Program-made: the position numbers and the translations under genes | Shown: positions 8,719-17,997 of the stretch, piece by piece | Layout: each line of letters begins with the position of its first letter | How positions within the stretch are numbered: position 1 is the stretch's first letter | Notes under the pieces: generated by a model | The model's input: the letters and a program-made list of their open reading frames with translations, nothing else | Databases searched by the model: none | Told to the model about the DNA's origin: nothing | From: Methanothermus fervidus DSM 2088 | GTDB lineage: Archaea; Methanobacteriota; Methanobacteria; DSM-2088; Methanothermaceae | Assembly: GCA_000166095.1 (NCBI GenBank) | Contig: CP002278.1 | Coordinates: 600,001-632,000 of the forward strand | Direction of reading: 5' to 3' | Length of the DNA stretch: 32,000 bases

Positions 8719-8752
8719 TGAGCTCACAAATGAGAAAATAGAGGTTAAAAAT

Positions 8753-9073
8753 ATGAGCACTGTCGATTACATATTTGGAGGGCTAACTGTCGTTGTAATC
8801 ATCACATGTAGCTACTGGTTAAGCGGAATGTTGTCAAGTAAAAGTAAACATCAGAAAATTTTCAAAAGACCATTTACAAGTGGAGCTGTCAATCTACCAA
8901 AACATTATAAGTACATAACAAAGATAGTTGTATTTTTATCATTCTTCTTCACGTTGGAATCACTTCTAATTGCATCAATATTCACAGGTTTATCATTTTC
9001 CACTTTGATATATTTCACACTTACTCTTATTGCTGTCGTGCTTTTCACAATGTTATTCTCTAGAGGTGAGTAA
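8753..9073 (+). CDS. NuoA-like small membrane subunit of the complex
   Basis: 106 aa with 3 TM. KRPFTSG aligns with the NuoA PFESG motif, and FFFTLESLL aligns with VIFDVEALYL (Glu kept). It occupies the first position, as in nuo operons. The match is weak and by eye only. Confidence 0.5.
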   Translation: MSTVDYIFGGLTVVVIITCSYWLSGMLSSKSKHQKIFKRPFTSGAVNLPKHYKYITKIVVFLSFFFTLESLLIASIFTGLSFSTLIYFTLTLIAVVLFTMLFSRGE

Positions 9074-9074
9074 A

Positions 9075-9548
9075 ATGCAAAATAAAATCACAAATTTTTT
9101 CACAAAAAATATCTTGAGGAAAAGCATGTGGTTATTTCATTTTAATAGTGGAGGGTGTAATGGATGTGATATAGAATTTGTTGCAGCTTTGACACCGTTG
9201 TATGATGTAGAAAGGATGGGAATTCAGCTTGTATCTTCACCACGTCATGCTGACATACTTGTTGTAACTGGCCCTGTAACACTTCAGTCTTTAAGCTCAT
9301 TAAAACTCATATATGAGCAAATGCCTTCACCAAAATATGTAATTGCTGTGGGTAATTGTGCATGTGATGGATGTGTATTCAAAGATTCTTATAATGTTCT
9401 TGAAGGCGTAGATAAAGTATTACCAGTAGATGTTTACATTCCTGGATGTCCACCAAGTCCTCGAGCAATATTTAGAGTGTTACAGAGTATATATCATGGT
9501 AAACTAGTAGTAACAGGTGAGAAGGTTGGGGAAGAGGAAGTTGGATAA
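9075..9548 (+). CDS. [NiFe]-hydrogenase small subunit, group 4 / NuoB-like (proximal [4Fe-4S])
   Basis: Motifs NSGGCNGCDIEF, GNCACDGC and IPGCPPSP. ATG 9075 follows a GGTGAG RBS and starts 1 nt after the upstream stop. The track start 9030 overlaps the previous gene. Confidence 0.9.
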   Translation: MQNKITNFFTKNILRKSMWLFHFNSGGCNGCDIEFVAALTPLYDVERMGIQLVSSPRHADILVVTGPVTLQSLSSLKLIYEQMPSPKYVIAVGNCACDGCVFKDSYNVLEGVDKVLPVDVYIPGCPPSPRAIFRVLQSIYHGKLVVTGEKVGEEEVG

Positions 9549-11151
9549 TACTGTAGAAGTTCACCCATCAGAAATAAAAAATATGGCAGAAAAAACATTG
9601 AGGAAATATCCTCATTTAATAACTATAACACCCATACATTTAGATGAGGAGCTAAAAATTATTTATACATTTGATGATTTAAAAGGAAATTTAAAACATG
9701 TAATTACATATATACCTGTCAATTCTCCAAAAATAGATAGTATTACAGATGTAACTCCTGCAGCATTAGTATATGAGATGGAAACAAAGGATTTATTTGG
9801 AATAAAGTTCCAAAACTCTTATACATCTTCCAAACTAATTTTACCAGATTGTTATTCTGATAATTTACCTGCACCTTTACTCAAAACTACAAAATTAAAA
9901 TCTTTAAGAGAAAAATTATCAAATCACTGTATTCAAAATGGAATAATTGATGTATCTACTGATGCAATAAAATATGAAGGTGAATCTATAGTAACAGTCC
10001 CATTTGGACCATATCATCCTGCATTGAAGGAACCAGAGCATTTTGCAATTGTTTTAAAAGGAGAAAAAGTTGTTGATGTATTTCCAAGGATTGGATATGC
10101 ACATAGAGGAGTAGAAAAACTTTGTGAGACACGTCCCTTCCACGATGTTTTGTATTTGGTTGAAAGAGTATGTGGAATATGTAGTTTTGCTCATTCATGG
10201 GCATATACTCTCGCTGTAGAAGAACTTACTGGCATTAAAGCACCAAGAAGAGCAGAATATCTAAGGACAATAGTCGCTGAATTAGAAAGAATTCACAGCC
10301 ATGTAATGTGGATTGGATTGCTAGGATATTGGGCAGGATTCGAAACAATGTTCATGTGGATATGGGGAATAAGAGAAAAAATAATGCATCTTTTAGAATT
10401 GATAACAGGGAATAGAGTCAATGCCTCTTTTATAACTATAGGAGGAACAGTGACAGATGTTTCAGAAGAAAAATTAAATGAAGTAAAAAAAGTTGTAAAG
10501 ACATTTGAAGATTTTGCTGAGGAACTAATGGATGCTTTATTTTCATATGACCCTCTTGTTGAAAGAATGAAAAAAATTGGAGTTTATGATTCTAAAAAAG
10601 CTATTAAATATGGAGCAACAGGTCCAGTAATCAGGGCCACTGGTGTCCCTAATGACATACGAAAAATCGAACCATATGGTGCCTATGAAGAACTACCATG
10701 GGATGTAGTTACGAAGGATGGTGGAGATGTATTTAATGTAACAACTCTTAGAATGTACGAAGTTCTTGAATCCAGTAGAATAATTATAGAGGCTATAGAA
10801 AACATTCCTTCTGGAAATCCTACTCCAAAAAGATTTTTTTCTAGAAGAATAAAAGATGGAGAAGCAATAGGCCGTGTTGAAGCACCTAGGGGCGAATTAT
10901 TTGATTATGTAATGGCAAAGAATTCTAAAAATCCATATAGGGTAAGAATAAGAACACCAACTTTTGCAAACTTGATTTTCACATCCAATCTGCTTAAAGG
11001 ATCAACATTATCAGATGTACCTTTAATATTAACAACTATGGACCCTTGTTTCGCTTGTTTAGACAGATCTCTTGAACTTAAAAAATTATTTGAAAAAAGT
11101 GAAGTTGCCACCTATATAAAGCAGGCATGGAGGAACATGCATGGATTATAG
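9517..11151 (+). CDS. Fused NuoC-NuoD-like subunit = group 4 [NiFe]-hydrogenase large subunit
   Basis: The N-terminal ~110 aa are NuoC/HycE-N-like. Downstream motifs are GPYHPALKEPEHF, IGYAHRGVEKLCE and L1 motif RVCGICSFAH (Cys219/Cys222, TGT at 10171 and 10180). Further on are EAPRGEL and C-terminal DPCFACLDR (Cys511/Cys514, TGT at 11047 and 11056) plus a 27-aa tail. The start is ambiguous (GTG 9517, TTG 9526 after AGGTGA, or TTG 9541). Confidence 0.9.
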   Translation: MRRLGKRKLDNTVEVHPSEIKNMAEKTLRKYPHLITITPIHLDEELKIIYTFDDLKGNLKHVITYIPVNSPKIDSITDVTPAALVYEMETKDLFGIKFQNSYTSSKLILPDCYSDNLPAPLLKTTKLKSLREKLSNHCIQNGIIDVSTDAIKYEGESIVTVPFGPYHPALKEPEHFAIVLKGEKVVDVFPRIGYAHRGVEKLCETRPFHDVLYLVERVCGICSFAHSWAYTLAVEELTGIKAPRRAEYLRTIVAELERIHSHVMWIGLLGYWAGFETMFMWIWGIREKIMHLLELITGNRVNASFITIGGTVTDVSEEKLNEVKKVVKTFEDFAEELMDALFSYDPLVERMKKIGVYDSKKAIKYGATGPVIRATGVPNDIRKIEPYGAYEELPWDVVTKDGGDVFNVTTLRMYEVLESSRIIIEAIENIPSGNPTPKRFFSRRIKDGEAIGRVEAPRGELFDYVMAKNSKNPYRVRIRTPTFANLIFTSNLLKGSTLSDVPLILTTMDPCFACLDRSLELKKLFEKSEVATYIKQAWRNMHGL

Positions 11152-12109
11152 TGTTTTTACATACACAATTTCCATTGTTATATTTTCATTCATTATGGCA
11201 CCTATTATAGAATGGATAGAAAGAAAATTGGTGGCAAAAATCCAAAGAAGAGTAGGTCCATATTTCACAGGGCCTAAAGGATTCCTACAACCCTTCTATG
11301 ATTTCTTTAAACTTCTTGGAAAGGAAGAAAATTTACCTGAAAATATGGATAAACTTGTTGCACATCTTGCAGTGTTACTAGCAGTTATATTACCAATATT
11401 TGGGATACTTTTTATCCCTATATTTTCTCCAGTCTCTCCTTATAATTTCCAAGGTGATTTTCTATTTATTTTGGTTATACTTTCATTTTTGGCATTCTCT
11501 ATAGTTATGGCGGGTTTGGCCTCATTAACACCATTTACTGTTGTAGGGACTGGGAGACTAATAGTCCAATATTCAATGTATGAAGTGATATTAATAATTT
11601 CTCTATTTTTAGCTTTTGCACAGGTGGGTGACTACTCAATCTCAGCAATTTTAAAATATCAAATTGCAAATTATCCATTGATATTAACACAACCCCTAAC
11701 ATTTTTTGTAATGATTTTTTCATTGTTGGCAGTATTAGAAGAACCACCATTTGATCTACCACATGCTAAGCAAGAAATTGTAGCTGGATGGAAGACTGAA
11801 TATTCAGGCAGATTACTTGCTTTCATACTATTTTCAAGAAATTTAAAATTCCTCTATATTGCCTTAATAATTGTTACAGTGTTTTTAGCAGGAGGATATG
11901 GGCCAGGAATCAATAAATATGGATTTTTGTGGATCATTTATTTACTTATTAAATTATTGTTTGTAGTATTCCTAGTTACTTTTGTTAAAGCTATAGCAGT
12001 AAGAGTTAGAAGTCTGTATTTACCTAAAAATTTGTGGCTCAAGTTCATTCCCATTTTGATATTACAGCTCATAATAATAGGTGGACTTAAAACTCTGGGG
12101 GCAATATAA
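11141..12109 (+). CDS. NuoH/HycD/EchB-like membrane subunit
   Basis: ERKLVAKIQRRVGPYFTGPKGFLQPFYDFFKLLGKEE is the family signature. It has about 8 TM. A GGAGGA RBS precedes it and it overlaps the upstream gene by 11 nt. Confidence 0.9.
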   Translation: MDYSVFTYTISIVIFSFIMAPIIEWIERKLVAKIQRRVGPYFTGPKGFLQPFYDFFKLLGKEENLPENMDKLVAHLAVLLAVILPIFGILFIPIFSPVSPYNFQGDFLFILVILSFLAFSIVMAGLASLTPFTVVGTGRLIVQYSMYEVILIISLFLAFAQVGDYSISAILKYQIANYPLILTQPLTFFVMIFSLLAVLEEPPFDLPHAKQEIVAGWKTEYSGRLLAFILFSRNLKFLYIALIIVTVFLAGGYGPGINKYGFLWIIYLLIKLLFVVFLVTFVKAIAVRVRSLYLPKNLWLKFIPILILQLIIIGGLKTLGAI

Positions 12110-12480
12110 TGAATAATATTTTGAGAATTGTAAAAGAAGCTGCCAAAAACTTGGGATCAAAGGTTTTTACACTTATACCTAAAGATATGGACGAAATAAC
12201 AAAGAGATATTGGCTAGGTAGGCCAACTTTAATACCTGAGAAATGTAATGGCTGTTCTATTTGTGCCATTATGTGCCCTGTGAAAGCAATAAACATGGTT
12301 GTTGTAGGCGAAAGAGTAGTAGGTAAAAGAAAAGTACCTCTAAAAAATCCCAAATTTGATTACAACAGATGTATATACTGTGGCTTATGTTCGGAAGTAT
12401 GTAAGTTTGGAGCTATAAAAATCAAAAAAGAGTCATCATATAGGATAATCATTGGTGATAGGTCATGTTATGTGAAATAA
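12109..12480 (+). CDS. NuoI-like 2x[4Fe-4S] ferredoxin subunit
   Basis: Cluster motifs CNGCSICAIMCP and CIYCGLCSEVC. It shows TAATG start/stop coupling with the upstream gene. Confidence 0.85.
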   Translation: MNNILRIVKEAAKNLGSKVFTLIPKDMDEITKRYWLGRPTLIPEKCNGCSICAIMCPVKAINMVVVGERVVGKRKVPLKNPKFDYNRCIYCGLCSEVCKFGAIKIKKESSYRIIIGDRSCYVK

Positions 12481-12908
12481 TGTCAATTATTGGTTCAATT
12501 TTAATAATTTATGCATTGCTTGAACAAAAATTACCTAGGTTAATAGTTTCATTATTTGTTGGTTGTGTATTAATAGGAATTAGCATTGCATTATATACGT
12601 CAATACCAATTGGATTAATAGTCATTTTTTTATTTGGTGGTACTTTAGTTGCTTTATTATATTTAGCCGGATTAACTGTACCTACAATTAAGATAAAAAA
12701 CTTGAAAGTTGCTGTAACTGCTATAGTTCTCACAATTGTTGTATTTACAAGTGTATCACTATTAATTTTAGCTAAGCACAAAATATTGGTCCTAACTACT
12801 CCTAGAGTTGAATGGCCTAAAATCACCGTTAATAATTTACTTGCATTAATGATAACATTGACAGCATCTTTTTATGCAATAGTAAGTATAATGGGTGGTA
12901 AATCATGA
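12480..12908 (+). CDS. NuoJ-like membrane subunit (by position, size and weak motif)
   Basis: About 143 aa with 4-5 TM. FLFGGTLVALLYLAG resembles the NuoJ VYVGAIMVLFLF region. It sits between the I-like and K-like genes, as in nuo operons. Its ATG overlaps the upstream TAA. Confidence 0.5.
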   Translation: MSIIGSILIIYALLEQKLPRLIVSLFVGCVLIGISIALYTSIPIGLIVIFLFGGTLVALLYLAGLTVPTIKIKNLKVAVTAIVLTIVVFTSVSLLILAKHKILVLTTPRVEWPKITVNNLLALMITLTASFYAIVSIMGGKS

Positions 12909-13195
12909 AACTCTTAGCATTTATACCTCCATTATTATTACTATATGGGGGAATGGCAACAATTCTATTTGGAAAAAATATTTTCAGATTGATTTTAGGG
13001 ATATCAACTATAGAAATTTCAGTTATTTTGTTTGCATCTATTTTAATTAGTATGTTTGGGTTTTTACAGTGGATAATAATAATATCCGCGTCAGTGCTTG
13101 TTGCAAGCGAAGCAGTGCTTGTTGCATTTATTGTTTCATTATCTAAGAGAATCAAAATTAGAGAAATAGATGAACTGAAATCTCTGAGGTGGTAA
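12905..13195 (+). CDS. NuoK-like membrane subunit
   Basis: 96 aa with 3 TM. Mid-membrane Glu residues occur in TM2 (STIEISV) and TM3 (VLVASEAVLVAF), as in NuoK. ATGA coupling. Confidence 0.7.
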   Translation: MKLLAFIPPLLLLYGGMATILFGKNIFRLILGISTIEISVILFASILISMFGFLQWIIIISASVLVASEAVLVAFIVSLSKRIKIREIDELKSLRW

Positions 13196-13200
13196 CTTTG

Positions 13201-14886
13201 ATGAAAATTATATTATTATTGCTTATTATCATAAATTTACTAGCTTCTGGAGCTGTACTCTTATTAAATAGATTTAACAGAAGATATGTTGAGATCACTG
13301 CTATAATTTCAACCTCATTGTCATTACTGCTTTCAACAACTCTTCTATTTATTTTCACATGTCCAACAAAAATTCAAATTTTACCATATGTTAGTATTTT
13401 TGTTGATAAAACCTCAGCATTGTTAACATTAATTGTAAATTTAATAGGGACATTTGTGATTCTATATAGCATAGATTATATGAGAAAAGAAGTTGACTAT
13501 GCCAGATTTTATTCATTGATGCTTCTCTTCATAGCTTCGATGACACATTTAATTTTAGCAGGAAATATACTCTACTTGTTGTTACATTGGGAATTAGTTG
13601 GGATTTGTAGTGCTTTACTCATAAGTTATTGGTGGGAAAGACCAGCTGCAAGAAGAGCAGGGATAAAAGCATTGATCATGACAAGAATTAGTGATATTGG
13701 ATTAATGATTCTTGCAGTCATGGCAATTTTAGTAAATGCAACAGATATTTCTCAGTTTCAAAATATAGTTTTGTTAAATCCTACTTTATTATCTATATCC
13801 TCAATTATGATATTAATAGCTGCATTTGGTAAGTCTGCACAATTTCCTTTCCATACATGGCTACCAGACGCTATGGAAGGTCCTACACCAGTTAGTGCAC
13901 TACTACATTCAGCTACAATGGTTAAAGCCGGTATATACTTAATCATGAGATTTCTACCATTAATATCTGCATTTCACTTCGCAAAGTTTTTATTAATAAT
14001 TATATCTTTAATAACATTATATTTAGCATGCTTTGCAGGTTTAGTAAGTCATGGAATAAAAAGAGTTTTGGCTTATAGTACAATTAGTTCATTATCTTTA
14101 ATGTTTTTAGCTTTGGCTTTAGGGGAATATATACTAGCAGCCATGTATTTCTTAACACACAGTATTTTCAAAACGTTATTATTTATGGTGGCTGGAATTA
14201 TAGAGCATGATGTGGGAAAAGGAGATATGCGGGTCGCAAGAGGTTTATGGAGAAAAAACTTTAAATTGGAAGGAATAGTTTTTTTAGTAGGAGCTTTATG
14301 TGCAGCAGGGTTACCACCATTAGCCTCTGGTTTCATAAAGGAATGTATATTTGAAGGTTTGAATCTTGTTTTTGTAAGCTACATATATTATTTAATAGTC
14401 ATTTCACTCTCAATATTGATGTCACTCTTCATGATGAGAGCTTTCGTCATAGTTTTCTTTGCATCGGGGAAAGAAACTAAAGTTAAACACATTTATGAAC
14501 CATTTATGTATTTGCCAACAATACTTCTTTTTGTGTTTGTCTTCATCGTCTTTTTACCTTTAATTAAAATACCAAAATGGCTTGGAATTGAAGTAGAGTG
14601 GTTACATATAGATATAGGGATGCTAGTAGGAACTATAGTTGGTATATTACTTTCACTAACTTATTTAACTTCTAAAAAAGAAATTAGTGAAAAAATTAGG
14701 GAATTATTCAAGACGTCATTTTATCTAGATAAAGCATATGAAAATTTAGGTAATTTATTTAGCCAGGTAATAGTTAAATTAGCAGCAAAAATCCATACAG
14801 GTAGAGCTTCACAAGGCTTAATGGCTTTTTATCTGTTTCTGCTTGTATTGTTAATATTTATATTCATTAGAGGTGGTGCACTATGA
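13201..14886 (+). CDS. NuoL-like antiporter-type subunit with C-terminal extension
   Basis: Motifs WELVGICSALLISYWW and AFGKSAQFPFHTWLPDAMEGPTPVSALLHSATMVKAGIYL. The C-terminal FYLDKAYENLGNLFSQVIVKLAAKIH plus a final TM resembles the NuoL lateral-helix region. ATG 13201 follows GAGGTGG (track start GTG 13189). Confidence 0.9.
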   Translation: MKIILLLLIIINLLASGAVLLLNRFNRRYVEITAIISTSLSLLLSTTLLFIFTCPTKIQILPYVSIFVDKTSALLTLIVNLIGTFVILYSIDYMRKEVDYARFYSLMLLFIASMTHLILAGNILYLLLHWELVGICSALLISYWWERPAARRAGIKALIMTRISDIGLMILAVMAILVNATDISQFQNIVLLNPTLLSISSIMILIAAFGKSAQFPFHTWLPDAMEGPTPVSALLHSATMVKAGIYLIMRFLPLISAFHFAKFLLIIISLITLYLACFAGLVSHGIKRVLAYSTISSLSLMFLALALGEYILAAMYFLTHSIFKTLLFMVAGIIEHDVGKGDMRVARGLWRKNFKLEGIVFLVGALCAAGLPPLASGFIKECIFEGLNLVFVSYIYYLIVISLSILMSLFMMRAFVIVFFASGKETKVKHIYEPFMYLPTILLFVFVFIVFLPLIKIPKWLGIEVEWLHIDIGMLVGTIVGILLSLTYLTSKKEISEKIRELFKTSFYLDKAYENLGNLFSQVIVKLAAKIHTGRASQGLMAFYLFLLVLLIFIFIRGGAL

Positions 14887-16196
14887 ATTTAGAAGGAATG
14901 GCAATTATGATAGCTATAATTGCAGTCATTGTTATCATGACAAGTAGAATTATTTGGAAAGAAAGGAAATTACTTCCACTATATATAGCAATTTTTATTT
15001 CAATAGTACAATTAGTATTATCTTTATATGCAAAAGGTGTTGCAGGACTATCTGGATCTACTGCAGCGTTTATTAGTATATTAAGCTTGTTAGTATCAAT
15101 TACTACTGCCGAAAATATTGAAAGAAAAACTATGTTAGCTATTGGACTTATACTTTTTAATGCAGTCTCATTTCTTATCCCATATACCAATGACATTATA
15201 AGGTTGTTTATTTACTGGAAAACTCTCAGTTTTGTAATTTTAGGATCATTGAATATGAGGCATACTGAAGATGAATATGAAGCCAGTATAAAATATATTG
15301 TCATATGTGTAATAGCAGTGCTAGTTGCATTAGTAGGAATATTTATGGCAATACATGATGCACAAAGCACTAAAATTACTGATATTATCCATAAATCTTC
15401 ATTTATTGCAAAAGTGCTTATAGTTGCGGGGTTAGCAGCTGAGGCAGCAATGTTTCCAATGTACTTCTGGTTACCTGATGTACATATGACAATGCTTCCA
15501 CTTTTAGCTGTCTTACTAATGGGTGCTGCAACTCCTTCAACAACATATGTAGTTGGACATATTGCATCTACCAATATATTTACAAAAGAAATTGTAGGTA
15601 TATTGGCAGTTGTTACATCAATTATTGCTGCATTGGCAGCAACATTTCAAAAAAATATTAAGAGATTATTGGCTTACAGTACTTTATCACATTTTGGATA
15701 CATGTTATTTGCATTTACAACTGGTGTGCCATTGGGAGTCCAATATGGAGCTTTACATATTTTAGCCCATGCTACAGTAAAAATACCAGCATTTTTAGTT
15801 GCATATCTAATGATAGAATATGTAGGCATGTACAGTGTTTCAGGCCTCAGGGAATTGGATGTTGATATCATAAGGTTTATAGTAATTACTTCAGCTATAG
15901 GACTCTTAGGCTTACCACCACTTCTAACGTTTTGGAGTGAAGTATTTATTTTCATTGCCTCTTATTCATTGGGAGGCATCTGGAAGCTACTTGCGTTAGC
16001 TTTCTTTATGGCAATATTGTTCTCTACAGGATATGCCTTTAAACTTATATATTCTTTCTCTAAAAGAAATGACAAAAAGGATGTAAAATTAAATAGAAAG
16101 ATCGTTATTGCTTCTCTACCTTTAGCAATTGCTGTAGTCCTTTCAATAATATTTGGTATATTTCAAAGCAACATTATTATCTATTTCTTCCATTAA
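14883..16196 (+). CDS. Second antiporter-type subunit (NuoN/NuoM-like), divergent
   Basis: Motifs AAMFPMYFWLPDVH and KRLLAYSTLSHFGYML. It has about 13 TM. ATGA coupling follows a GAGGTGG RBS. Confidence 0.8.
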   Translation: MNLEGMAIMIAIIAVIVIMTSRIIWKERKLLPLYIAIFISIVQLVLSLYAKGVAGLSGSTAAFISILSLLVSITTAENIERKTMLAIGLILFNAVSFLIPYTNDIIRLFIYWKTLSFVILGSLNMRHTEDEYEASIKYIVICVIAVLVALVGIFMAIHDAQSTKITDIIHKSSFIAKVLIVAGLAAEAAMFPMYFWLPDVHMTMLPLLAVLLMGAATPSTTYVVGHIASTNIFTKEIVGILAVVTSIIAALAATFQKNIKRLLAYSTLSHFGYMLFAFTTGVPLGVQYGALHILAHATVKIPAFLVAYLMIEYVGMYSVSGLRELDVDIIRFIVITSAIGLLGLPPLLTFWSEVFIFIASYSLGGIWKLLALAFFMAILFSTGYAFKLIYSFSKRNDKKDVKLNRKIVIASLPLAIAVVLSIIFGIFQSNIIIYFFH

Positions 16197-16202
16197 TTTT
16201 TT
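16197..16202 (+). terminator. Oligo-T tract immediately after the operon stop codon
   Basis: TTTTTT follows directly after TAA 16194-16196. Archaeal terminators are typically oligo-T. Confidence 0.35.
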
Positions 16203-16291
16203 ATTAAATAAATGTTATAATAACTTTTTTAGCTAATTTATAGAATTATTCTTACTTTACAAAAAAACAGTTAAAAAGAGAGAGGTAGAAC

Positions 16292-17077
16292 ATGAAGCAG
16301 ATACTTATAACAAATGACGATGGTGTAAACTCTTCAGGAATATTGGCAACAAAGGAGGCAGTAAAAGATTTAGGACGTTGTATAATAGTGGCTCCAACAA
16401 CCCAACAAAGTGGAATTGGACATGCTTTATCATTATTTGAACCGATAAGAGTCAATACTACAATACTCAGAGATGGAAGTTGCGCATATGCAGTTTCAGG
16501 TACACCTACAGATGCTGTGATACTTGGAATATATGAAATAGCCAAAGGTAAAGTTGATTTAGTGATATCTGGGATTAATATTGGTGAAAATTTGGGTAAA
16601 TCAGAGCTAACAACGTCTGGTACAATTGGAGCTGCAATGGAAGCTGCTGTACATGGAGTGCCAGCAATGGCTGTTTCATTACAAGTGGAAAAAAGTGATA
16701 TAAAATTTCATGATGGCCATGTAGATGTTGACTTCACATATGCAAAAAAAATAACAAGAAAAATAGCTAAATTAATTTTAAAAAAAGGATTGCCAGATGG
16801 TGTAGATTTTATAAACATCAACATACCAGCAAAACCAAAAGATGAAGAAATTAAAATTACAAAATTAGGAAAAAGAATGTATAAAGTAAATGTTGAGAAA
16901 AGGCATGACCCAAGAGGAAGACCATACTATTGGATAAATGGAAAATCTGTACATAAGGATTTACCAGGAACCGATGTTTATGTTTTAAAAAATGAAAGAA
17001 AGATTACCTTAACACCCCTAAAACTTGATTTTACGGCAGATATTGATGCCACGAAAGAATGGTTGAAAGAGGTATGA
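16292..17077 (+). CDS. surE: 5'/3'-nucleotidase SurE
   Basis: Motifs [24 protein letters not shown] and [11 protein letters not shown]. Confidence 0.9.
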   Translation: MKQILITNDDGVNSSGILATKEAVKDLGRCIIVAPTTQQSGIGHALSLFEPIRVNTTILRDGSCAYAVSGTPTDAVILGIYEIAKGKVDLVISGINIGENLGKSELTTSGTIGAAMEAAVHGVPAMAVSLQVEKSDIKFHDGHVDVDFTYAKKITRKIAKLILKKGLPDGVDFININIPAKPKDEEIKITKLGKRMYKVNVEKRHDPRGRPYYWINGKSVHKDLPGTDVYVLKNERKITLTPLKLDFTADIDATKEWLKEV

Positions 17078-17997
17078 TTATGAACTTTGGAAAAGGAAAG
17101 ATATGGTTCAATGGAGAATTTGTGGATTGGAAAGATGCAAAAATTCATGTTCTTTCACATGTTGTACATTATGGATCAAGTGTATTTGAAGGAATAAGAT
17201 GTTACAAAAACAAAAAAGGGTCTGCAATTTTTCGTTTAGAAGATCATGTAAAACGATTATTTGAATCTGCAAAAATATACCGAATGGAAATCCCGTATTC
17301 TGAAGATGAAATTTGTGATGCAATAATAGAAACAGTGAAAATAAATAATCTAGAAGAGTGTTATATAAGGCCAATAGCATTCCGTGGATATGGTGAGTTG
17401 GGTGTAAATCCACAGAATTGTCCAGTAGAAGTAGCTATTGCAGCATGGGAGTGGGGAACTTATTTAGGGGAAGAAGCAATTAAAAATGGTGTAGATGTTT
17501 GTGTATCAAGTTGGAGAAGGATGGCTCCAAATACGCTTCCAAATATTGCCAAAGCTGGAGGAAATTATCTGAATTCACAACTTGTTAAGATGGAAGCAAT
17601 AGCAAATAATTATGACGAAGGAATAATTCTTGATTACCAAGGATTTGTAAGTGAAGGCAGCGGTGAAAATATTTTCATTGTAAAGGATGGGATTCTTTAT
17701 ACACCTCCTGTCCATTCATCAATATTGATAGGTATAACAAGAGACACTGTCATGAAGTTGGCAGAGGATATAGGTATAGAGGTTAGAGAAGAAAATATAC
17801 CTAGAGAAATGTTATATATTGCTGATGAGATATTTCTTACAGGTACTGCAGCAGAAATAACCCCAATACGCTCTGTAGATGGAATAACTATCGGGAATGG
17901 CAAAAGAGGTCCTATAACTAAAAAATTACAGAAAGAATTTTTCAAAGTAATAAATGCAGAGGTTGAGGATAAATATGGTTGGTTAAGGTATATATGA
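17074..17997 (+). CDS. ilvE: Branched-chain amino acid aminotransferase
   Basis: [35 protein letters not shown] is almost collinear with E. coli IlvE. Further motifs are EGSGENIF and TGTAAEITP. The start is ATG 17074 (ATGA overlap with surE) or ATG 17080. Confidence 0.9.
   Translation: MIMNFGKGKIWFNGEFVDWKDAKIHVLSHVVHYGSSVFEGIRCYKNKKGSAIFRLEDHVKRLFESAKIYRMEIPYSEDEICDAIIETVKINNLEECYIRPIAFRGYGELGVNPQNCPVEVAIAAWEWGTYLGEEAIKNGVDVCVSSWRRMAPNTLPNIAKAGGNYLNSQLVKMEAIANNYDEGIILDYQGFVSEGSGENIFIVKDGILYTPPVHSSILIGITRDTVMKLAEDIGIEVREENIPREMLYIADEIFLTGTAAEITPIRSVDGITIGNGKRGPITKKLQKEFFKVINAEVEDKYGWLRYI

Noticed and set aside
9030-9074. Cys-containing N-terminal extension (MLSCFSQCYSLEVSK) on the NuoB-like subunit from the track start.
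   Set aside because: It overlaps the 3' end of the NuoA-like gene. ATG 9075 has a GGTGAG RBS and gives a normal-length small subunit.
8753-16196. Calling the operon a conventional archaeal Nuo/Fpo-type NADH/F420H2 dehydrogenase (complex I).
   Set aside because: The D-like subunit retains both CxxC Ni-Fe ligand pairs and the B-like subunit has CxxC rather than CC. No NuoEFG/FpoF input module is present, so hydrogenase chemistry is the better reading.
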